Shown here piece by piece: positions 56,015-64,000 of a stretch of DNA of 64,000 nucleotides (position 1 is its first letter; each line of letters begins with the position of its first letter). The translations under genes and the position numbers were made by a program. The DNA is taken from assembly GCF_009914755.1 (NCBI RefSeq), contig NC_060926.1. One strand, written 5' to 3'. This DNA comes from the human T2T-CHM13v2.0 reference genome, Homo sapiens. The notes under the pieces were generated by a model. The model was not told where the DNA came from. It made no database searches and saw nothing but the letters and a program-made list of their open reading frames with translations.

Positions 56015-56280
56015 TTCTAATTTAATATTTTTTTATAGATTATGAGAAAAAAGGTTTGCTCACTATCAGCTAGGAAAGCTGTCTTAGCACAACCATTCAT
56101 TCTTGCACAAATCAAAATCAAGACGAGCCAGATTTAATATTTTTTTACAGATTATGAGAAAAAAGTTCTAATTTAATTTTTTTATAGATTATGAGAAAAA
56201 AGTTTTGCTCACTATCAGCTAGGAAAGCTGTCTTAGCACAACCATTCATTCTTGCACAAATCAAAATCAAGATGAGCCAG
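56015..56280. repeat. Complex local duplication (~116 bp twice, with an intervening ~34-bp partial copy)
   Basis: Copies at 56015-56131 and 56166-56280; partial at 56132-56165. Confidence 0.95.
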
Positions 56281-57140
56281 AAGGCTCCATTCTGACAGCT
56301 TCTAATGGAGAAGCTACATTTACTGGACATGGGGAAAGTTGCTGGGCTCTAAGGACTGTGCTCATTTCTTGAACTAGATAAATGGTCTTGGTGTGGCATA
56401 ATACCAAAACTTCTTGTCGCAGCCCGTAAGGACAGAACTCAATCAGCCTGAAAAGGAAGTCAGTGACTCCGACTCAACACAGGAATGTTCTGTGATTCCT
56501 AAAGAAGGATGTAGGAGTGTGGCACAATTCAACCACAGTCTGTGGCCCTGTGCCTCTGCCTTGACATGAGTGGGATTTCCCAGCTGGTCATTTTCTTCTT
56601 ATCTAAGACATTGGGAACAAATTACTTGACCTCCTCTGGGCTTCAGTACTCCCACTCATCAAATTAGAGGACTGGGCAGTCGCTAGGCTCTCTTTAGGCA
56701 TCATATTTTAGTTTCTGTGATTTTAAATTTGAGAAGGGGTGTCTAAGGGAGAATACATAGGGGAGGGGGAAAGGCTTATTAAAAGTGTAGTTAGACACTG
56801 AATTTTTAAGAATTGCATTTTGTAATAATACCTTTACCTAATCAGGACTGACAGTCTTACCTGATGATAGCACCTGGAGGAATGGCTGCATTCAAAAATA
56901 AAAATGAAATAAAACAAGACCTTATTTGAACTTAGCAATAATGCTGATTCCTCTTTTTGATTTGAGGAGGTTATAGCTGTTGTAAATGCTTGAATTGGTT
57001 CTGCCCAGGCAAAACGGAGTCAAGAGTCCATGTCTGATGAATTTTAACAATGTAGACAATAAAAAGGGTTGCTTAAACTGCCCCTCTTTTACCAAAACAC
57101 ATTTACAAATGAAAGAACAACACTTCCATTTTTTAAAAAC

Positions 57141-57429
<289 letters not shown>

Positions 57430-58724
57430 AAAAAATTTCCATTTTTAATTGCAGGGTCTGGGGAATTAAAACGCATCCATAATTTCTTGCATCTCTCTGC
57501 TCGGGCTTGCATGAATGCAGAGGGATGGGGAGGACTTCTTGAGGCAAGCATCCCCCTCTTGTCGCCTGCCATCTGGAGAGAGAGGGCTGTGATTTATCTC
57601 ACTTTAATCAGGAAGGACCCGATGGGTGGATGGAGAGGTCTGATGGCTTTGTTGTTCCATGTGGGAAAGAAACGGACAGAGTGAATTTGTGTATGATCCC
57701 TAAGGAGAAAGCGTCTTTGTGCTCTATTTCTTTTTGACCTGGAGCCCCTGAAAGCAAGCTAGTTACAAGTTGAAATAGGCCGTTTCTAAAGTGTGATTTT
57801 GTTTGTGTATGAGCCTTGATTACAAAGGGGGAAAAAACCCGCTTAATTTACATACACCAGATGTAGTGCAGGATCCCCTGGGCTGTCTTTTCAGGTATCA
57901 GGAAACTTTGATGAAAGTCGCTTGTCTCATCTAGGAGTCATTTCATATTGTTTAGCAGAGCCTGGTATTAACATTTCCTTCCAACTGTTTACTGGAATCT
58001 GTGTGTTCCCTTCAAGTGATGCATACTAGGTGCACAGGCGTCCTGCCACTGTCATCCTAATCTTTCCGTGCAGACAGGAGCAGAGGGGAGAGCGCTGAGC
58101 CAGGCCCCAGCTTGCTTTTCTTTCCTGACTCAGCCCGGCTCCGCTGCACTTCTCAGCTCCTGCTGTAGGTGGTGCTGTTTGACCATTTTCTTCATGTGAC
58201 CCTCCACTCGGTAATATAAATTCATTCGGAGGATGACCTGATATCAAAAAAAAATCCTTTTGATTAGTAGAATCAACTTATTTCTTCACACGATACTCTT
58301 CCCACTGAGACACATGGAGACAATTCTGACTCCAGGTTTGCAACCTTGAGATTTCTCTCAGATGCAATAAAAAAAACAAAAAAGCATTTTGAGTGGCACA
58401 GTGATGCCTAGTGCATGATCATGTTTGTCTGCTCAAACATAAAAGGGAAACTGGTGGGTTTGAGGATGCCCAGCAGCACGACAGCTGCCAATGTAAATGA
58501 GCGGTATAGAGAGAGAGGGGGCGGGAGGGGACTACAAACTTCAGAATATGAGCTGATCGTTTATAAGTTAAAAAAAAAAAAAAAAAAGTCAAAAGGGAGC
58601 CCAGGATGGTGCAGGAAAAAGGAGAAAGGAAGATTTTCCTTGCAGCTAATCAGGAGAGTTCATAAGGGCTGATTACATGTGTGGAAGCCTTAAGTTCTTT
58701 TTTTAAAAAAATGTGAAAGTTTGC

Positions 58725-58761
58725 ATGTATGTATGTATGTATGTATGTATGTATGTATGTA
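58725..58761. repeat. (ATGT)n tetranucleotide microsatellite
   Basis: About 9 copies. Confidence 0.92.
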
Positions 58762-60214
58762 TAGCTTCGTGTATTACCATTATTATTGCAATCAGCAAAT
58801 GGATTTACTTCCTTTATCTCATGGGCTCCTTCCCACTCACTTTTGGCAGCACATTTTCCTTTCTCCTTCATCCCAGAACACCAAAGAACAGATGCGCTTC
58901 CTAACCCTGGCTCCAGGGGACTTTATACAATGTAAACAGTGCACCTCTAACATGGTTCACCGCTTAGAGAATGTGTGTCCCATTTTAAAACTGTGACTCC
59001 TTTATATTTTGCAGTGCTTATTTTAATAAGAGACATTGGACTTGTGACTTATTTTTCATGGAGGAGTGAGCTTAATGGTTGAAAGTAATCGATAAACTTG
59101 TTTTTCCTCTGATGCCATCAGCCAAGATCCTATGGCAATAGTAAGAGGATGACACTGGGCTGGCACCCCCTCCATAACATATTTGGACCATTTTTTTCCC
59201 CCAGAATGCACATGCAATAGCTTTGGTTTGGTAAGAGAGAGATGGTGTACTTGGTTTCCTTCTGTCACACTTTTGGTGAAATGAATTAGACTTTTAAATC
59301 AGGAAATTCAGCGAGATGAGTTAGATTTTTACACAAGAGCAATGGAGGACTTCCAGCTGGTTGGGGGAATGATACGGAAATATCTTGCTAAATCAGGGTC
59401 TGGTGGAATGCTGCTCCCCTGGCAGGCTCCTCTTCACAGGGAGCAATCTGTGGGTTGCTTATAGAACAGAGCGAGCAGGAGGCATAGCATGGTCTTGCTC
59501 GTGGGAAGACCCGGTGTTCAGATGTTTGTCATTAGGAGCTCGGTGTGGGCTTTTTCAAGCTAAACTGAAGCAGCAGTTCTATTAGGAAGAGCCTCTCAGA
59601 GCAGCATCTTCTGTTTCTGGATACTCTCCCTTTGAAAAGCCAGATTTCAGCAAAAAGCTTTGCTAATGGTGAAATTGCACAACTGAAACCCTATGGGAGC
59701 AATGGGAAAGATGGAGAAAGAGGTGGTTATATCATGTACTTCAACAGTTTATTTAGAGGCTGTTGACATTAGAATAACAAGCCAAGACAAACAAAAATAC
59801 TCATTTTGGATGAAAATATTGTCTTTTCATGTTATTATAGATAGCTGAGTCCTAAGACTTATACAGAAACACATTTTCCTAATGAGTGGCTGATTTTTCT
59901 GGTTGTGCAAGTAATATCCAAATTATTGTACAAATTTTTGTCTCAGGAGCAAATATTGTATTGCATATTGAGCTAATCACTTGCCCTTTCTAAGGTAAGC
60001 CCTTACCTCTGCTTTCCCTTCATCTTGTCATTTCTGTTTGTTGGGTACAGGTTTCCTGTTGGTTCTTTCTGTTGGCTCTAATGTAACATGAATGAAGTTC
60101 TTAACATCCTTTCAGACATAAACACAACTTAGCTCATTGTTTCTGAGTTCATATAGAGGTTTTCTTGCCCCTGAGACTTTCATGTCAGACAGCTGGATGT
60201 TGCTGTGTTCAAGG

Positions 60215-61470
60215 CTCTATATGTTGATTTTGTATCCTACAACTTTACTGATTTCACCTATCAGTTCAGTTCTAACAGTTTTCAAATTTTATTTATTTGT
60301 TTTTGTTTTTTAAATATTGTACGTTTCATTTTAGAGTCAGGAGGGTAGATGTACAGGTTTCTTACACAGGTATATTGCACGGCGCTGAGGTTTGGGCTTC
60401 TAATGATCCCACCACCCAAGCAGTGAGCATAGTAATCGACAGGTAGTTTTTCAACCCTTGCTCCCACCATCCTTCCCTCCCACCTTTGGAGTCCCCCAGT
60501 GTCTATTGTTCCCTTCTTTGTGTTGAGTTCTAACCTTTTTTTAGTGAAGTTTGTAGGGTTTTCTATATATAACAAGATCATGCTGTCAGTAGAGACAATT
60601 TCACTTCTTCCTTTCCTATTAGGATGCCTTTTATTTCTTTCTATTGCCTAATTACCCTGAGAAGTGGTGTCTGTGGGCATCCTTGTCTTGTTCCTGATGG
60701 TAGAGGAGAAGTTTCAACTTTTCACCATTGATTATGGTGTTAGCTATGGGTTTGTCATACATGGCCTTTATTTTGTTGGGATACAGTCCCTCAATACGTG
60801 ATCTGTTGGGTGTTTTTTTTTCACCATGAAAGGGTTTCAAATTTTGTCAAAAGCTTTTTCTATATCTATTGAGATGGCCATATAGTTTCTATCCTTTATT
60901 TTTCTAATATGGTATATTATATGTATTGATTTGCTTATGAACCATGACATGATCGTGGTGAATGATTCTTTCAATGTGCTATTGAATTTGGTTTGCTAGG
61001 ATTTTGTTGAGGATTTTTGCATCTATGTAGATCAAGGATATTGGCCTGTAATTTTCCTTTCTTGTAGTGTTCTTGTCTGGCTTTGGAATCAGGGTAATGC
61101 TGGCCCTGTAAGATGAGTTTGGAAGTATTCCCTCCACTTCAGCTTTTTGGAAGAGTTTGAGAAGGACTGGTATTAGTTCTTCTTAAAATATTTGGTAGAA
61201 TTAATCTGGGAAGCCATCTGGTTTTGGGTTTTTCATTGATGGGAGACATTTTCTTACTGATTCAACCTCCTTGCTTGCTATTAGTCTGTTCAGATTTTTT
61301 AATTTCTTCATGAGTCAATCTTGGTAGGTTTTACGTGTCTGGGAATTTATCCATTTCTTCTATATGATCCAATTGGTTAGTGTGTAATTATACCTAGGAG
61401 TTTCTTAGGATCCTTTGTATTTCTGTGATATTGGCTATGATGTTTCATCTTTCATTTCAGATTTTATGCT
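60215..61470 (-). mobile_element. Old L1 ORF2 fragment with a nested L1PA-type 3' end (~60283-60525)
   Basis: RT-like peptides (MILLYIENP, KAMYDKPIAN); AGTTCTAAC duplicated at ~60268 and 60526 around the insert. Confidence 0.8.
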
Positions 61471-62283
61471 ATATTGAAAACATGAGGCATAGCAGGTAGG
61501 GGGCACTGGTCAGGACTTGGGGTATAAACTGGCAGATGTTAAGGTGGGTGATTCTGGTTAACTCAGAAACTCCCAAGTCCCGTGTGGAAGAATTAACTGC
61601 CTGTACTCGCCTAGTAATGTATATCCTTGGTCAAAAAAAGATCCAGCTGAGAATGTTGGATGAAGGGACCAAATCAATATTCATCATTATGTTGAAAACA
61701 AGTCAGATTGGCTGCGGTCTTTTGACAGCAGGTCAGTGGCTAAGTCTATTTGAACAAAGTTAGGGCAGGTTCAAGAGAGAATCCTGAGATCGGTATTCTT
61801 TGTTCCATACAACCTTGCCTTTCAGTTTCTTCTCCCCATGCCTCCAGGATGTCCCTGCACAGCCCGTAGGGCCCCCTCCTTCAGTACCTTGCCTTACGAA
61901 GGGGAGAAAATGAGTTTTCCAATGTTAGCATATATTTAGCCTTCCAAAATTTCTATTTTAGGGGAGCTCTAGGAAAACAGCAGATTACTCTAAATCCCCA
62001 GGTAAAAATCTGAAATGGTGGAATTTCATACGACCAGGAGACATATTTTGGGGCAAGTGGGCTTTTCACAATCACTTGGACATGAAGGCATCTGCTTCTT
62101 CTATGCCTAAAATATTCCTTCAATTTAGTAGTTTAATTCCTCTTCCTCTTTTTCAGATTTCAAGACAATACATGTACTGACTGAACAATTTGGATCCAAG
62201 TTTCACTGTTTAACTGCCAGTGTGACCTTGGGCGAGTCACTTAATCTTTTCAAGGCTCAATTTCATCATGTAAAGTGGAAGTA

Positions 62284-62634
62284 CAAACAATCCCTGACTT
62301 ACAATATTTTGACTTATGATTTTTCAACTTTAAGATAGTTTGAAAGCAATACACATTCAGCAGAAGCTGTACTTTGAGTACCCATACAACCATTCTGTTT
62401 TCCACTTTCAGTACAGTATTCATTATATTACATGAGATATTCAAAGCCCACTTTATTATAAAATGGGCTTTCTGTTAGATGATTTTGCCTAACTGTAGGT
62501 TAATGTGAGTGTTTAAGGTAGGCCGAGCTAAGCTATGATGTTTAGTAGGTTAAGTGTATTAAATGCATTTTCAGCTTACAATATTTTCATAAGTTTATTG
62601 GAATATAACCCCATTGTAAATTGAGGGGTATTTG
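62284..62634. mobile_element. MER47-like (Tigger) element inserted in a MIR
   Basis: TA-flanked; TIR-like CAAACAATCCCTGACTTAC / GTAAATTGAGGGGTATTTG. Confidence 0.7.
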
Positions 62635-64000
62635 TAGTAATGATATCTCTTCAAGGAGACTTTGTGAGCCTCTCATAGGAAAATGCATACACAGATGCAT
62701 ATAAATATATAATCTTTCTTTTCCATACATATGATATTCTTTAAGGATATTCAAAAATCTGGAAACAGTTGCCTCCAGGGAGATAAATGGTAGTGGGTTG
62801 GGAAACTTTTAACTGTATACGCTTTTGTACCTTTTGCATTTTGAATCAGATGAATGTATAATCTACATAAAATATTAAGATTAAAACATCACTGAATAAC
62901 TTATCAGGAGTTTGGTGAACATAAGGGAAGGCCACCTATGGTGGCTGTATTTTATTCAGTGTTGGTCACTGTTGGGCACTTCATAGAGCTTATTTCATTT
63001 CATCCTCACAAGCGCCGTAGGAGGAAGGGGCCCCAGAGGGATTCATGGTTAGAATAGCAGAGTAGGAGCATTTGGCAGCTATATTCTGTGTAGGTGATAA
63101 CTTAAAAGATATTTTTGTTATAAAATGTTTCAAACATACAAAAAATATAGAGAAGCAGTTTTCTATAGTTATTAAATATTCTTAAAATATTCTTAATGGG
63201 TAGTCATAGAAATTATCATCCAAAGTGGGATATTCTTGAGAGAAAAAGGAGGTTCTATTTATAATTATGGTGGGATAACAAACTTAAGATGAACAGCTCT
63301 AGACAAACTGGGTTGTATGGTCCCTGGAAAACAAGGATTACTGTAAATGTGAGTCCCGCCTTGTGCTTCTCTCTGTCCCACCAAGAAAATATGATCTTGA
63401 TACAGATGTTCATTGTGTCAAGGCAACCATGGCAACCATGATCTAGATACACTGTTCAAGTTTTATGCTGATCCTACCTATATATGTCTCAGGAGCTTTC
63501 CAGAGTTTCCTTTGAGTGCTTCTAAATTTTGCATAAATGGTATGTTGTCCCTTGTCTCTTTTTAAAACCAGTAAGCCATTTTCCCTTATTTTCTTGGAAA
63601 ATTAAAGGAACAAGGACCAGGAAATAACAATGTATTAGCTAAGGTTCTGTTGATTGAAAGCAACAGAACCTAATTCTGGCTAGCTTAAACCATGCTAGGA
63701 TTTAATGAAGAATACTGCAGAATCTTAGATATCTTATGACTGGGAAAGAGGAGGTTCAGGCAGTTCCTGAGATGTCAGCAACAGGTAGCTGTCAATTAAC
63801 TGCCCCCACACCACCCACTGCTGCCGTCATCAATATAGCACACCACAATGGCTCCCAGCCTCTGTACGTCTGGGTTCCGGTGTTCAAATTCTAGAGACAG
63901 CAAGAGAAATCCCATTGAGTCAGGGATCCTTCCCTGGGTCACCCTCCCTGCCTACGGTCAGAAATGCAGGATTATGTAGTAAAGACACAGCTAAAGAGGA

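Noticed and set aside
57430-64000. PGM5 pseudogene, antisense lncRNA exons or the telomeric fusion repeats expected further along this locus
   Set aside because: No PGM5-like peptide or (TTAGGG)n is recognisable in the window; lncRNA exons cannot be called from sequence alone

Overview
Human or great-ape genomic DNA, not microbial. The left 27 kb holds the last six coding exons of a ZNG1/CBWD zinc-metallochaperone GTPase gene (+). It is followed by the intronless forkhead gene FOXD4L1 (+, 408 aa). This pairing, and the 408-aa protein as I recall it, point to the ZNG1B(CBWD2)-FOXD4L1 segmental duplication next to the chromosome 2 fusion site (2q13/q14.1); near-identical paralogues lie on chr9. 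The rest is mostly interspersed repeats: a full-length antisense L1PA2/3 with TSDs, a sense L1PB-like element, many Alus, LTRs and DNA transposons. There is also an orphan CpG island and a ~3.9-kb SATR-type satellite. Top observations: (1) the intronic L1's antisense ORF0 has a splice donor in the same phase as the next ZNG1 exon, predicting an in-frame 204-aa ORF0-ZNG1 C-terminal fusion; (2) the satellite forms a foldback-like unit, with inverted arms of palindromic repeats around a ~400-bp AT-rich core; (3) the FOXD4L1 3' end is open in all three frames, each resembling the tail of a different FOXD4 paralogue; (4) the intact L1 ORF1 carries an in-frame duplication of its SP phosphomotif. Repeat subfamily names come from recalled consensus similarity and the boundaries of old repeats are approximate. 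Nothing was searched or computed.
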